Source: an uncultured Chlamydiae bacterium (GTDB lineage Bacteria > Chlamydiota > Chlamydiia > Chlamydiales > JAJFMB01). From it: a stretch of DNA of 64,000 bases. Location of the stretch: assembly GCA_963696295.1 (NCBI GenBank), contig CAVOJR010000001.1, positions 2,624,001 to 2,688,000 on the forward strand, read 5' to 3'. The notes under the pieces are model-generated. The model was not told where the DNA came from. It ran no database searches and was given only the letters and a program-made list of their open reading frames with translations. Every line of letters starts with the position of its first letter. Position 1 is the first letter of the stretch. A program made the translations under genes and the position numbers. Of the stretch, positions 1 to 10,245 are shown piece after piece.

Positions 1-1182
1 TAAAAAGGTGGCGTAAATGGAGGCTACCACTTTTTTCCCTTCGAAGGCCAGACCTCCGCAAAAGGTGATGGAATGGGACTCGGCAATGCCGACATCGAAG
101 CCGCGGTCGGGGAATCTCTCTATAAATTCATCCAGGCAGGAGCCTGCCGACATGGCGGGGGTGACCACGACCAGATCGGGATCGCGCTCAGCCATTTTGA
201 TCAGGTGTTTGCCGAAAATTTTCGGGAAGCTAGGCTTGGGGTTTTGCGCAGGGAAAAATTTCCCCGTTTCGAGGTTGAAAGGTTTTGCGCCATGGTAAGA
301 GACGGGGTCTTGCACAGCTTTCTCCATCCCTTTCCCCTTCTTCGTGAGAACGTGGATTACGACTGGCCAGCTGGAGTCTTTCACCCCTTCTAAAACATCG
401 ATCAGCTTTTTGATATCATGCCCATCGACCGGTCCGATATAGGAAACCCCGTACTGTTCGAAGTAGGCCGCCGGGCTGACAAGGTTTTTTAGGGAGCCGG
501 TAATTTTTTGCCCCTGTTTTGACAAAAGCTCGCCGTAGGCCGGGATCTTGGAGACGAGCGTGTCGATTTCCTGATAAAGCTTATTCGTAGTGGGATTGCT
601 CAGCATCCGGCTCAATATGCCCGTAATGGCTCCCACGTTTTTTGAAATCGACATGGCGTTGTCATTGAGGATGATGATAAAGCGCTTCAAATGGCGCGAA
701 ATATTGTTGAGCGCTTCCAGCGACATCCCGCAGGTTAAAGTCGCATCGCCGATAATCGGAATGACGTAGTTTTGCCCCTGGTTCAAATCGCGGGCCCTGG
801 CCACTCCCAACGATAGGGAGAGGGCTGTGCCGGCATGTCCGGCGTGAAAGTGGTCGTATTCCGATTCGTCGGGATTCGTGAAGCCGCAAAATCCCTGATA
901 TTTCCACAGTTTGGGAAAAAGCTCATTGCGGCCCGTCAACAGCTTGTGCGTATAGGCCTGGTGGCCGACATCCCAAATCAGACGGTCTTTCGGGGAATCG
1001 AAGACAGTGTGCAGCGCCAGGGTAAGCTCTACCACCCCCAGATTGGAAGCCAGATGGCCGCCGTTTGCGGAGACGACTTCGATGATCCGTTTTCTCACTT
1101 CTTCCGCTAATTGCTCCAGCTCGGCAATGGATAAATGCTTAATGTCGTGAGGAGTTGTGATGGAGCCTAAGAGATCGCTCAT
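1..1182 (-). CDS. dxs: 1-deoxy-D-xylulose-5-phosphate synthase (5' part; runs off window start)
   Basis: Manual translation of minus strand from ATG at 1182: [58 protein letters not shown]...[11 protein letters not shown]-binding [16 protein letters not shown] motif further in. Confidence 0.96.
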   Translation of the reverse strand, partial: MSDLLGSITTPHDIKHLSIAELEQLAEEVRKRIIEVVSANGGHLASNLGVVELTLALHTVFDSPKDRLIWDVGHQAYTHKLLTGRNELFPKLWKYQGFCGFTNPDESEYDHFHAGHAGTALSLSLGVARARDLNQGQNYVIPIIGDATLTCGMSLEALNNISRHLKRFIIILNDNAMSISKNVGAITGILSRMLSNPTTNKLYQEIDTLVSKIPAYGELLSKQGQKITGSLKNLVSPAAYFEQYGVSYIGPVDGHDIKKLIDVLEGVKDSSWPVVIHVLTKKGKGMEKAVQDPVSYHGAKPFNLETGKFFPAQNPKPSFPKIFGKHLIKMAERDPDLVVVTPAMSAGSCLDEFIERFPDRGFDVGIAESHSITFCGGLAFEGKKVVASIYATFL

Positions 1183-1196
1183 GTAATTTCCAATAT

Positions 1197-1460
1197 TTAT
1201 GATTTGGAGGCGAATTCAAACTCTTGCAGGATAGGCTTATTTTCATCATCCGTGGCCAGTTCACCGCTTCTTTTTTTAGTGAGAAGTTCGATTTTGCGCT
1301 CGGCATCGCTTAAACGCTGCTGGCATAGATGGATTAGTTTATCTGCTTCTTCGTACAAAAGAATGGCGGCATCTAAGCTCGTTTGACCGGAATTCATCTT
1401 TTCCAAAATCTCCTCGAGCCTGGCAAAAGCCGTTTCAAAGTCAGTTTCTTTTTTACTCAT
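1197..1460 (-). CDS. xseB: Exodeoxyribonuclease VII small subunit
   Basis: [31 protein letters not shown] signature; downstream of xseA. Confidence 0.95.
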   Translation of the reverse strand: MSKKETDFETAFARLEEILEKMNSGQTSLDAAILLYEEADKLIHLCQQRLSDAERKIELLTKKRSGELATDDENKPILQEFEFASKS

Positions 1461-2934
1461 TTAATTCTCTTATTTCTGCTACCATTTTTCCATCAGCTAA
1501 TAGCGCTACAATCCCTTCGCCGACATTTACATCATGAATAGAAGTTATAACGGAATTTTTCTTTTCGGAAAAGAGAATACTATAACCTTTTTTCAAGAGA
1601 TGTTTAGGGTCGATAGATCCCAGTCTTTTGACAAGATTATCCAGACGCTCTTCTTTTAAGGCAAGCAGTCTTTCCCAGATCCTGTTAAGCTGCATCTGTT
1701 TGGCGGGCAATGAAAAAAGTTTTACACTGTTTTCCACTTTGAGGCTGGCTGCCCGGCCAATCAAAACCCTTTTCTCCTGCACCATTTTTCTGTTATTTAT
1801 CAGACGTGCTTGCAGGGCCTGGTCCATCCCTTTTTGCCAGTCGGTCAGCTTATTCCGATAATGGGCAAGCTGGAGAGTCGGCTTCAGGCTCGCCAAATGT
1901 TTATGCCGCATGGCCAGGAGCTGTTCTTTAAGCAAAAACTTTTGCTTCATGGTTTTATCGAGCTCGGCGCTCAACCCGTCGATCTTTTGCATCCAGGGCC
2001 CGAGAAGGGCGTAAGGGGAGAGGAACAGAGGCTGCTTCTTTAAACTGTTGAGCCGGCTTTGCCCGTTCCGCATCAGATGCTGCAGCGTTTGGGCCATGCG
2101 CTTTTGCGATTGTTCCAGATATTTTAGCTGCTGCTCTTTTTCTGCGATCACAATTTCGGCGGCGGCGGAGGGGGTCGGAGCTCTGACGTCGGCGACGTAG
2201 TCGGCAATGCAATGATCCGTTTCATGCCCGACCGCCGAGATGATGGGGATGGCGCTCCGGAAAATCGCCGCCGCCACGACCTCCTCATTAAACGCCCATA
2301 AATCTTCAATGCTCCCGCCGCCCCGGCCGACAATCAGCACATCGACGAGCTGATAGCGGTTCATTTCATCGATCGCCTGGGCTATCTCGGCCGCGGCGCC
2401 CTCTCCTTGAACTTTAACCGGGTAGAGGATCAGATGAAACCCGGAAAAGCGGCGGTTTAAAATATTGAGGATATCCTGGATGGCGGCGCCGGTCGGGCTG
2501 GTGACGACGCCGATTTTCTTAGGGAATTTAGGCAGGGGCTTTTTGTGCTTTTGGCTGAACCAGCCCAGTTTGTGCAGTTTGGCCTTTAACTCCTCCAATT
2601 TGAGCAGCAAATCTCCTAACCCCATAAGCTTTAGCTGCTTAATCACAATTTGGTATCGCCCGCCCGGTGGGTAGACGTTGAGTTCGCCGGTTGCGATAAT
2701 CTGATCGCCGTCTTTTAGCTTATTTTTTAACTGGAGGACATCCTGCCGAAACATGACCGCAGAAATTTGCGCGTGAGCATCTTTTAGGGAAAAGTAGAGA
2801 TGGCCGGAGGATTGCTGTTTGAAATTGCTCACTTCCCCTTGAAGCTGTACCATAGGGAAAGCCGACTCCAAATTGGCTTTGATTTTATGGGTGAGTTCGG
2901 AAACAGTGAGGACATTTTGATCATTCATATCCAA
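1453..2934 (-). CDS. xseA: Exodeoxyribonuclease VII large subunit
   Basis: [18 protein letters not shown]-fold, [29 protein letters not shown] motifs. Confidence 0.97.
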   Translation of the reverse strand: MDMNDQNVLTVSELTHKIKANLESAFPMVQLQGEVSNFKQQSSGHLYFSLKDAHAQISAVMFRQDVLQLKNKLKDGDQIIATGELNVYPPGGRYQIVIKQLKLMGLGDLLLKLEELKAKLHKLGWFSQKHKKPLPKFPKKIGVVTSPTGAAIQDILNILNRRFSGFHLILYPVKVQGEGAAAEIAQAIDEMNRYQLVDVLIVGRGGGSIEDLWAFNEEVVAAAIFRSAIPIISAVGHETDHCIADYVADVRAPTPSAAAEIVIAEKEQQLKYLEQSQKRMAQTLQHLMRNGQSRLNSLKKQPLFLSPYALLGPWMQKIDGLSAELDKTMKQKFLLKEQLLAMRHKHLASLKPTLQLAHYRNKLTDWQKGMDQALQARLINNRKMVQEKRVLIGRAASLKVENSVKLFSLPAKQMQLNRIWERLLALKEERLDNLVKRLGSIDPKHLLKKGYSILFSEKKNSVITSIHDVNVGEGIVALLADGKMVAEIRELNE

Positions 2935-3007
2935 CCACGATAGGGAAAATTGTATTGAATTTCAAGTGTTGACAAAGTATCTTTAACAGAAAAAGCAGGA
3001 AAACGAC

Positions 3008-3766
3008 ATGACCCGGCCGGTAGTGATCACAGGTAATTGGAAAATGCACAAGACAATTGAGGAGGCGCTGGCTTTTGTCAAAGGTCTTATTCCAAAAGTG
3101 GCCGCCTCGCCTGTCAAGGTCTGTCTGGCGGTGCCCTTCACGGCCATCAAACCCGTGGCCGAACTGTTGCAGGGCACCAATATCGCTATCGGCGCGCAGA
3201 ATATGAACGACGCTTCCGAGGGGGCATTCACCGGCGAAGTGGCGGGGACTATGCTGAAGGAGGCCGGGGCTCAATTTGTGCTTTTAGGCCACTCGGAAAG
3301 ACGGCGCATCTTTCATGAATCCAACGCCTTCATCAACCGCAAAGTGAAGCGGGCTTTACAAGACGGCCTGCAGCCGGTCCTATGCATAGGAGAAACTCTG
3401 CAGGAACATGAAGCCGATCAGCGGGACGAGGTTTTGACCGCCCAGCTGACTGAGAGCCTGGAAGGGGTGACAGATGAGCAGCTCTCTTCGATGATTTTGG
3501 CGTATGAACCAGTGTGGGCGATCGGGACAAACCTCTCTGCGACCCCGGAGCAGGCCGAGAGCGCGCACCAATTTATCCGGTCATTGGTCGCCGCCAAGTG
3601 GAACGAAGAGACGGCAAACAGCCTGGTGATCCAGTACGGCGGCTCCGTGCAGCCTAAAAACGCAAAATCTTTACTTGAAAAATCCGATATAGACGGTCTT
3701 TTAGTTGGGGGAGCATCACTTAATCTTGATTTTTTTGCTCAAATAGTGAATGATAATTCTTTCTAA
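3008..3766 (+). CDS. tpiA: Triosephosphate isomerase
   Basis: GNWKMH, LGHSERR, AYEPVWAIGT, YGGSV, LVGGASL motifs. Confidence 0.98.
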   Translation: MTRPVVITGNWKMHKTIEEALAFVKGLIPKVAASPVKVCLAVPFTAIKPVAELLQGTNIAIGAQNMNDASEGAFTGEVAGTMLKEAGAQFVLLGHSERRRIFHESNAFINRKVKRALQDGLQPVLCIGETLQEHEADQRDEVLTAQLTESLEGVTDEQLSSMILAYEPVWAIGTNLSATPEQAESAHQFIRSLVAAKWNEETANSLVIQYGGSVQPKNAKSLLEKSDIDGLLVGGASLNLDFFAQIVNDNSF

Positions 3767-3781
3767 CAAGAGGTTAGCCTT

Positions 3782-4078
3782 ATGATGATGTTTCTCTATT
3801 TCACTTCGATTTTCTTTTTTTTACTGCTGTGCGTAGTCCTTTGTTTTGTCGTCCTGATCCAAGAGGGTAAAAGCGGCGGCGGCATCATGGGCATGGCCGG
3901 AGGCGATTCCAGCAATTCTCTTTTTGGCACCGCCACATCGGATGTCTTGAAAAAGTTCACCGGCTGGTTAATTTTCATATTTTTGGCATCCTGCGTGCTG
4001 CTCTCCCTGTGGACAGCCTCGCTCGGCCGCACATCCCAGCAAAACGCCAATCCGGCTTCTGTCGAAGAAGTGAGCTGA
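3782..4078 (+). CDS. secG: Preprotein translocase subunit SecG
   Basis: Two TM helices, VLIQEGKSGGG linker, follows tpiA as usual. Confidence 0.9.
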   Translation: MMMFLYFTSIFFFLLLCVVLCFVVLIQEGKSGGGIMGMAGGDSSNSLFGTATSDVLKKFTGWLIFIFLASCVLLSLWTASLGRTSQQNANPASVEEVS

Positions 4079-4094
4079 AGCCCAGCTTCTTCAG

Positions 4095-4274
4095 TTCCTC
4101 TTCCTAAGCCTACTTTGGAGCCTCGCTCGGCCGCACAGCAAAATGCCGGCTTATGAGGCGCTTCCTCTTCCTAAGGTGCGACTTTGGAGCCTCGCTCGGC
4201 CGCACAGCAAAATGCCGGCTTATGAGGCGCTTCCTCTTCCTAAGGTGCGACTTTGGAGCCTCGCTCGGCCGCAC
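4095..4274. repeat. 69-bp tandem repeat (~2.5 copies)
   Basis: ACTTTGGAGCCTCGCTCGGCCGCAC starts at 4112, 4181 and 4250; intervening sequence identical. Confidence 0.95.
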
Positions 4275-4287
4275 TTCCGAAGAAGCC

Positions 4288-4761
4288 CTATTTCTTCACT
4301 TCCTCACCCGTAAGAGCCCGCTTAAAGAGCGCGTCGAAGGAAAATAGCCCGGGTCCAAACGCTAACAGCACAAGCGTAGCGATTAAAAACGGAACAGGCG
4401 TCTGGCTTAAGAAGCCGGCAGGATCGGACAAAATGGCCTGGGAGGCTTTAAGATGCACTGTTGCCAGCGCCCCAATCAAAATAATGGAAAGGGGAATGGC
4501 GACGACCCGGGTGAGAAGTCCCAGGAAGAGAAAAATCCCGCCCAGGGTTTCTATCCAGGCGACGGCATGAGCGGCGTATAAAGCATGCGGAATGCCTTGA
4601 GCTGTGAAAAGTTCGACTAACTGGTTCATATTGCCAAGTTTTGACAGGCCCCCTTCGAAAAACTGCCAACCGAAGAACAGCCGCAATGCGAGCAGCAAGA
4701 ACGGCTGAATGATTTTACCTAACCAAATAAACACCATATAGGCTTTAGCTAAAGCTTTCAT
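4288..4761 (-). CDS. DoxX family membrane protein
   Basis: LLLALRLFFGWQFFEGGLSK, ETLGGIFLFLGLLTR, FGPGLFSFD; ATG at 4761 with AAGG upstream preferred over the longer TTG start. Confidence 0.9.
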   Translation of the reverse strand: MKALAKAYMVFIWLGKIIQPFLLLALRLFFGWQFFEGGLSKLGNMNQLVELFTAQGIPHALYAAHAVAWIETLGGIFLFLGLLTRVVAIPLSIILIGALATVHLKASQAILSDPAGFLSQTPVPFLIATLVLLAFGPGLFSFDALFKRALTGEEVKK

Positions 4762-4970
4762 AAAACCTTCCTTTAGAGCAAAAATCCGTCGGACGGACCT
4801 CTGCCTGTTTTTTACCCTTATAACATCACCATAAATTAAATATTTCAAAACATCAAGCGGTTTAAATAAAAATGAAATAAACGAAGTCATTATTAATAAA
4901 ATCTTTACACGGCCAATTTGCAAATATATATATATTGGTATATGTATAATGAGGGAAAAGGGAGATCGTC

Positions 4971-5240
4971 ATGAGAGTTAAGCCTGTAACTTATACCATT
5001 CCTGAACAGTTGGATGCTATTTTACACGCAAAGGTTGGCCGAGGCCGAATGAGTAAGTTTGTCACTCAAGCTTTATGGGATGCTTTAAGAAAAGAAGAGG
5101 AAGCTTTATTAATGGAGTTTCTTGAAGCGGATAAAGATCCTGGAAATATCGAGGCAAAACAAAGCTTTTCCGCGATTGAGGGAGGGGATTTCATTGGTTT
5201 AGAAGACTTTAATTTCGAAGAGCCTGAAAATGAAGAATGA
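4971..5240 (+). CDS. Putative antitoxin (ribbon-helix-helix-like N-terminus, acidic C-terminus)
   Basis: Small acidic ORF overlapping the downstream MazF-like toxin; VTYTIPEQLDAIL...SKFVTQAL RHH-like pattern. Confidence 0.7.
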   Translation: MRVKPVTYTIPEQLDAILHAKVGRGRMSKFVTQALWDALRKEEEALLMEFLEADKDPGNIEAKQSFSAIEGGDFIGLEDFNFEEPENEE

Positions 5241-5568
5241 TTTTCCGAAAAAAGGTGATATTTATTGGGTTCGATTAGATCCAACAGATGGAAATGAAAT
5301 TAATAAAACTCGTCCTTTGCTTGTTATTTCCAGCGATGTGGCTAATCGGTCTGAACTTATTGTCATTGCTCCTATCACTAGTCACGTAGAACGCATTTTT
5401 CCTAGAATTGAAATAAAAATTAATTTAAATGGAAAGCCTGGGAAAATCATGCCGAGACAGATGAGATCTATAGATAGAACAAAAAGGCTAGGAAAGAAGA
5501 TTGGTGCATTATCAGCAGAAGAAATGAAGCTCACCGATGAAGCAATACGTCTGATTTTAGGCTTATAG
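5230..5568 (+). CDS. Type II toxin, PemK/MazF family endoribonuclease
   Basis: KGDIYWVRLDPTDGNEINKTRPLLVIS and VIAPITS motifs. Confidence 0.92.
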   Translation: MKNDFPKKGDIYWVRLDPTDGNEINKTRPLLVISSDVANRSELIVIAPITSHVERIFPRIEIKINLNGKPGKIMPRQMRSIDRTKRLGKKIGALSAEEMKLTDEAIRLILGL

Positions 5569-5573
5569 CATTC

Positions 5574-5849
5574 TATACCCAAACAACTTGAAGAGTTGGT
5601 TTTGGTCTCGGTTTTATACCCAAACAACTTGAAGAGTTGGTTTTGGTCTTCGTCGGTTTTATACCCAAACAACTTGAAGAGTTGGTTTTGGTCTTCGTCG
5701 GTTTCATACCCAAACAACTGAAGAGTTGGTTTTGGTCTTCGTCGGTTTTACCTTCAATTTTTCGTCCTCACTCGTGCCTTGCCTACCGGCAATGGTCACT
5801 CGCTGCGGACACTTGTCCAATTCCCAACTCTTCAAGTTGTTTGGGTATA
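5574..5849. mobile_element. ERIC-like MITE with 26-bp terminal inverted repeats; left end present in four tandem copies
   Basis: TATACCCAAACAACTTGAAGAGTTGG at 5574, 5615, 5660 and degenerate at 5705; exact reverse complement at 5824-5849. Confidence 0.7.
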
Positions 5850-6069
5850 TTTCACCTGTTCTCGTTTTTATTTCACAGTATATTTGAAATATGGTAAAAT
5901 TGTTAAGATTTCATTGTGAAAATTGAGAAAATCAAAAAAAATAATATATTAATATTTTCTTAATACGGCCTTAACTTCCGTAGGCCACAATGAGCCCATG
6001 AATTTGCAAATGCCCTAAAATCAGGTTATTTGCTGGATTTATAAAAGTAAATTAACAAAGGACGAAAAA

Positions 6070-6822
6070 ATGTATAAGAAACTATTGTTAGGAGTTATTT
6101 GTGCAGGATTTTTAATGGGGCCTCTTTGTGCCGCTGAGGAAGAAAATGAAAAGGGTTCAAAGGTAGAAAGAGTGGGCTCCCTCGATGATATGCTCGCTGA
6201 TCGGGAAAAGCGCGCCGCTGAGGCAAATAAGGATGAGTCAACTTCTGAGGAATCAGCTTCTGAAAACAAAGAATCTGTTTCTGAAAAAGAAGGTTCCGAC
6301 GAAGAAAGAGTCACAAACGACATCAAGTTTATCAGAAGACACCCAGGCGCTGAACACCATGCTCTGCAAGTGACCTACTATGGTGATTTTGTGGAAATGG
6401 AAGATGGTTCGATCTGGGCCGTTAAGGAAATTGACCGCGCTAAAGTATTAGACTGGAGACCTTCAGATGTTATCGCTATCGCTCCTAACGTTTATTGGTT
6501 TTCCGATTGCCCTTTTTGCATGATCAACACGGCAACAGATGCAGTTGTAGAAGTTAAACTCTATGCCAATCCTTTGACCAATAGCCCCTATACCCTCAAT
6601 ATCGTCGATATAGACTATCGCTCATGCCGAGTCTATCTGAGCGATAACACCTATTGGATGCTGCCTGTTATGAATCGCGCCAAACTAAATGATTGGCTGA
6701 TCGGCGATTGCGTGATCGTAGGAACCAATATCGGTTTCTTTGCAGACGGCTACTATCCAGATTTGTTGCTGAATGTCTCAAAATCAGCAATTCCAAGCAT
6801 CCCAGGCAGATACTACCAATAA
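6070..6822 (+). CDS. Hypothetical exported protein (signal peptide, acidic linker, duplicated beta-rich repeat)
   Basis: MYKKLLLGVICAGFLMGPLCA signal-like; two similar segments VEMEDGSIW...DWRPSDVIAI and VYLSDNTYW...DWLIGDCVIV. Confidence 0.75.
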   Translation: MYKKLLLGVICAGFLMGPLCAAEEENEKGSKVERVGSLDDMLADREKRAAEANKDESTSEESASENKESVSEKEGSDEERVTNDIKFIRRHPGAEHHALQVTYYGDFVEMEDGSIWAVKEIDRAKVLDWRPSDVIAIAPNVYWFSDCPFCMINTATDAVVEVKLYANPLTNSPYTLNIVDIDYRSCRVYLSDNTYWMLPVMNRAKLNDWLIGDCVIVGTNIGFFADGYYPDLLLNVSKSAIPSIPGRYYQ

Positions 6823-6845
6823 CTAAAGAAACAGGAGATTTCAAA

Positions 6846-7445
6846 ATGTCATATTTTCCAGATCGCAATGCACCAAGAGAAGGGTTTAGACAAACTGGCG
6901 GTTTCGGCGCACAAGGCGCCGCAGCCGGAGGTTTCGGAGCGCAAGGTGCCGCAGCCGGAGGTTTCGGAGTGCAAGGCGTCCGAGGACCGACAGATGTCGT
7001 CATGGGCGGCAATAACACGAGACAAGCCACTTTTCAAGGCAGAACGGTGACTTTGATACTCGTCGGCAACGTGGAGCAGCAGTTCCGCAACTTGTTAGTT
7101 GGCGGAGTGACTGAAACTCTATTGTTGAATGCCCTCGCTGCTGTTGCGATTTTCGAGGTTGTAACTCCTAATTATGAGATTACTGCCCAGACTCTCAATC
7201 GCTTAACCCAGGTTATTAACTCTCAAGTTAGCGCAAGAACAACCCAAAGGGACGCCATGGAAAATATTTACCGGACTCCGGATAGATATTTGACTCGGCC
7301 GATGGGTGGTTTTGGCGGCGGCGCAAGAGAGCAGGTGCGCGATACCGTCATGGGATCGAATGCCCCCGTTTTTGGCGGCGGAAGAGAGCAGGTGCGCGAT
7401 GCGACGATGGGTAGACAAAATCCTACAAATCGCCAATTCTATTAA
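6846..7445 (+). CDS. Hypothetical Gly-rich repeat protein
   Basis: ATG at 6846 preceded by ACAGGAGA; GGFGAQGAAA x3 and FGGGxREQVRDxxMG x2; followed by a terminator. Confidence 0.7.
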   Translation: MSYFPDRNAPREGFRQTGGFGAQGAAAGGFGAQGAAAGGFGVQGVRGPTDVVMGGNNTRQATFQGRTVTLILVGNVEQQFRNLLVGGVTETLLLNALAAVAIFEVVTPNYEITAQTLNRLTQVINSQVSARTTQRDAMENIYRTPDRYLTRPMGGFGGGAREQVRDTVMGSNAPVFGGGREQVRDATMGRQNPTNRQFY

Positions 7446-7446
7446 T

Positions 7447-8388
7447 TTAAGTTTCTTTAAGAGCAGCTTGATAAAAGCTGCTCTTTTTTTTTGTCTCCCA
7501 CAAACCCAAAGCTCCCCTCCTGTTCAATGGAGTGCCGAAGAGCAGTTCCCGGTTCTTAAGGATCTCTTCAATCTTTTGTTCCGTCAAATAAATCCCAAGC
7601 CCCCTTTCAGGGGAAAATTCTGAAGCGGCCGCAATGGCTTTTCGCTGATTGTGAGGGCACACATCCTGACAGATGTCGCACCCGAAGATATAGCCCGGGT
7701 TTTTTGTGGCGATCTCTTGAGGGAGCTCTTTTTTTGATTCTATCAAGTGATAGGAGAGGCATTTGCGCGCGTCGAGCTGATAGGGGGAAACAAACGCTTG
7801 CGTCGGACAGGCGTCCAGGCATTTTTGGCAGGAGCCGCAGCGGGGCAGCCGTAAATTTGGGGCAACGGTTGTCGCAAACTCTAAAGTGGTGAAGAGTCCC
7901 GAAAGGAGCGTAAACGTGCCAAAACGGCGGTGGATGAGCAGCGTGTTTTTGCCGAACCAGCCAAGGCCGGCCTGAACCGCCAGGGCTTTTTCCAAGACGG
8001 GGGTTGAGTCGCTGAAGCCCTTTGCGATATTTATTTTTCCGCTCTTCTCCTCCAGCCACCGGATCATTTTTTTTAAGCGCTTATGGTGCACGTTGTGATA
8101 GTCGCGCCCGCGGGCATAAGAGGCAATCAGCCCTTTATCCGCCTGGAATTCCTCTTTTGGCTGTTTGTAGTAGCTGATGAAAATAACGGCCGTTTTTGCC
8201 CCGGGCAAGAGCTTTTCCGGATAACACCTGAGCTCATTTTCCATATAGGCCAAATCGCCCTGGTAGCTATTGTTCAGCCACTCCCGATAGGCGAGGATAT
8301 CTTCTTCGGGGATTATTGCCGAGGTGATGCCGACATCGTCAAACCCAAGCCTAAGCGCTTCGGCTTTCAGCTCTTCATTTGAGATCAT
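7447..8388 (-). CDS. queG: tRNA epoxyqueuosine(34) reductase QueG
   Basis: YARGRDYH, AGLGWFGKN, CGSCQKCLDACPT and GCDICQDVCPHN Fe-S motifs. Confidence 0.95.
   Translation of the reverse strand: MISNEELKAEALRLGFDDVGITSAIIPEEDILAYREWLNNSYQGDLAYMENELRCYPEKLLPGAKTAVIFISYYKQPKEEFQADKGLIASYARGRDYHNVHHKRLKKMIRWLEEKSGKINIAKGFSDSTPVLEKALAVQAGLGWFGKNTLLIHRRFGTFTLLSGLFTTLEFATTVAPNLRLPRCGSCQKCLDACPTQAFVSPYQLDARKCLSYHLIESKKELPQEIATKNPGYIFGCDICQDVCPHNQRKAIAAASEFSPERGLGIYLTEQKIEEILKNRELLFGTPLNRRGALGLWETKKKSSFYQAALKET
7459..7492 (+). terminator. Intrinsic terminator
   Basis: AAGAGCAGCTT-GATAA-AAGCTGCTCTT stem-loop followed by a T run, just after the 7445 stop. Confidence 0.85.
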
Positions 8389-8390
8389 TG

Positions 8391-9329
8391 TTAAGCCGGG
8401 CCGACCGGTTTGATGATTTGAGACATGAGCCGCTCCATGCGCGTCTGCCCTTTTTGAACCCCTTTGCCATGGGTGCCGTAGGAGACTTCATGCAGGTTTT
8501 CGATGGCGATGAAGGCGACCGGGTCCTCGCGATGAATCAGTTCCTTGAGCTCGGCGAGCTGCAAGCGCTCAGCGATGACATAGAGCACCTCCTGATCTTC
8601 GCCGGAATATCCCCCGCGCCCATAAAAGACGGTCAGGCCAAGGCCGATTTCGTGAATAATGCTGTCGGCAATGGCTTTTGATTTTTTGGAGATAATCAGC
8701 ATCGATTTGGTCTCATCCAAGCCGACGATCACCGCGTCCATCACTTTGATCACCACCATATAGGTGATGAGAGAGAGGATAGGAGGATGCCAGTCCTGGA
8801 AAACCAGTCCCGCTGCGCTAAAAATAAAGACGTTGCAAACTAGAACTACCTGGCCGACGGTGATGCCGGTGCGGCGGTTGACGATAATGCCTAAAATCTC
8901 CGTGCCATCCAAACAGCCGCCATAGCGGATTATCAGCCCGATTCCGATGCCTAATATGGCGCCGCCGATAACGACCACTTCCAAACTTTCGCCGATGAAT
9001 TCCAGCTCAAGCACATGCTGGAAGAGCAAAAGGGAGGCGGCAAAAACAATTACCGAGAAGAGCATATGGGCGACAAATACTTTTCCGAGCGAGCGATAGG
9101 CCAGATAAATAAAAGGGAGGTTGAAGAGAACGATAAAAAAGGAGATATAATTGACCCCGAAAATATTTCCCAAAATCATGGCGATACCGACAATGCCGCC
9201 GTCGATCAAGCGGTTGGGTATCAGGAAAACTTCAATGGCAAAAGCAAAAAGGAAAGCCCCTAAGCCCATAAAAAAATAGCTGAAGAGAATCGATGTAAGG
9301 GATTTTGTAGGGGGTTGGGACAAATGCAT
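8391..9329 (-). CDS. YitT family membrane protein
   Basis: PNRLIDGGIVGIA, GGCLDGTEI, C-terminal GRGGYSGE...DPVAFI (DUF2179-like). Confidence 0.9.
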   Translation of the reverse strand: MHLSQPPTKSLTSILFSYFFMGLGAFLFAFAIEVFLIPNRLIDGGIVGIAMILGNIFGVNYISFFIVLFNLPFIYLAYRSLGKVFVAHMLFSVIVFAASLLLFQHVLELEFIGESLEVVVIGGAILGIGIGLIIRYGGCLDGTEILGIIVNRRTGITVGQVVLVCNVFIFSAAGLVFQDWHPPILSLITYMVVIKVMDAVIVGLDETKSMLIISKKSKAIADSIIHEIGLGLTVFYGRGGYSGEDQEVLYVIAERLQLAELKELIHREDPVAFIAIENLHEVSYGTHGKGVQKGQTRMERLMSQIIKPVGPA

Positions 9330-9434
9330 AATGCTTACCCTTGATAAGATTGCCCATATACTAACAGAATTAAGGGAAAAAATCGATAGAAAAAACAGTT
9401 AATTTGCTACTCGATTTCTTTTTTAAAAGAAATT

Positions 9435-9508
9435 CGCGGGAGACGGGACTTGAACCCGCAACTTCCGACGTGACAGGCCGGTGCTCTAACCAATTGAACT
9501 ACTCCCGC
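9435..9508 (-). tRNA. tRNA-Asp(GTC)
   Basis: GCGGGAGTAGTTCAATTGGTTAGAGCACCGGCCT-GTC-ACGTCGGAAGTTGCGGGTTCAAGTCCCGTCTCCCGCG cloverleaf. Confidence 0.97.
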
Positions 9509-9522
9509 AAAAGAGTATTATT

Positions 9523-9595
9523 TGGGCGCAACAGGACTCGAACCTATGACCGCCTGTGTGTAAGACAGGAGCTCTACCAACTGAGCTATACGCCC
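9523..9595 (-). tRNA. tRNA-Val(TAC)
   Basis: GGGCGTATAGCTCAGTTGGTAGAGCTCCTGTCT-TAC-ACACAGGCGGTCATAGGTTCGAGTCCTGTTGCGCCCA. Confidence 0.97.
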
Positions 9596-9674
9596 GAAAT
9601 AAGCATTAAATGTATAGGGTGGCCGGATTTTTGACAAGCAAATTAACGCGCTTTTGTGATATTTTCTATTTCTT

Positions 9675-10115
9675 ATGAGAAAAATTGTGATTTTCATTGT
9701 CGGTTTGTTCCTGCTCACAGGATGCGGTGGGCGTTCTTTTGAGAATTTTCGTGGGCAAGGGGAGGGTATTACCCGTTCGCTTATTCAAGAGATGCAGAAG
9801 ATTCGCACGCGTGAGGAGCTGCTTGCGGCGGGCCCGGAATTAACGTCTCTTTTTTTAGAGCTTGCATCGGTGATGCAAAAAGCGAAGGCCTACCAATTGC
9901 AGCACCCCAAGGAGGAGGCGCCGCCGTTTACGGAATTCAATCACGCCTTGAGCGATCAGCTGCGCCAGGAGTTAAACCGGCTGTACGCGATAGATGGGGG
10001 AAGGGAGGTTATGGAGGGGTATCAGAGGGAGGGGTTAGAGGCGCTAAGAAGCGGGAGCATTACGAGCGGCACAAGCAGCACTAGCGGCACTGCAAGCAGT
10101 ACGAGCGTCGGGTAG
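9675..10115 (+). CDS. Hypothetical lipoprotein
   Basis: MRKIVIFIVGLFLLTGC lipobox; helical body; low-complexity Ser/Thr tail. Confidence 0.75.
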   Translation: MRKIVIFIVGLFLLTGCGGRSFENFRGQGEGITRSLIQEMQKIRTREELLAAGPELTSLFLELASVMQKAKAYQLQHPKEEAPPFTEFNHALSDQLRQELNRLYAIDGGREVMEGYQREGLEALRSGSITSGTSSTSGTASSTSVG

Positions 10116-10144
10116 AAGGCGAGGGGCGATCTTCTTTCGAAGGA

Positions 10145-10168
10145 GCGAGGGGGAACGTTCCCCCTCGC
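10145..10168. repeat. Perfect 24-bp palindrome
   Basis: GCGAGGGGGAAC|GTTCCCCCTCGC. Confidence 0.9.
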
Positions 10169-10245
10169 GCTCCCCCTGCTCCCGCCTTCAGGTAACGACC
10201 CCGGGTTTGTGTCGATTGTAACTTGTTGGGGGTGGGTTCATTACC

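Noticed and set aside
4153..4347. 64-aa ORF with a duplicated peptide
   Set aside because: By-product of the 69-bp tandem repeat; overlaps doxX antisense
5574..5750. Possible CRISPR array (regular ~45-bp period)
   Set aside because: Sequence between repeats is the same each time (no unique spacers), there is an inverted terminal copy, and no cas genes are in the window
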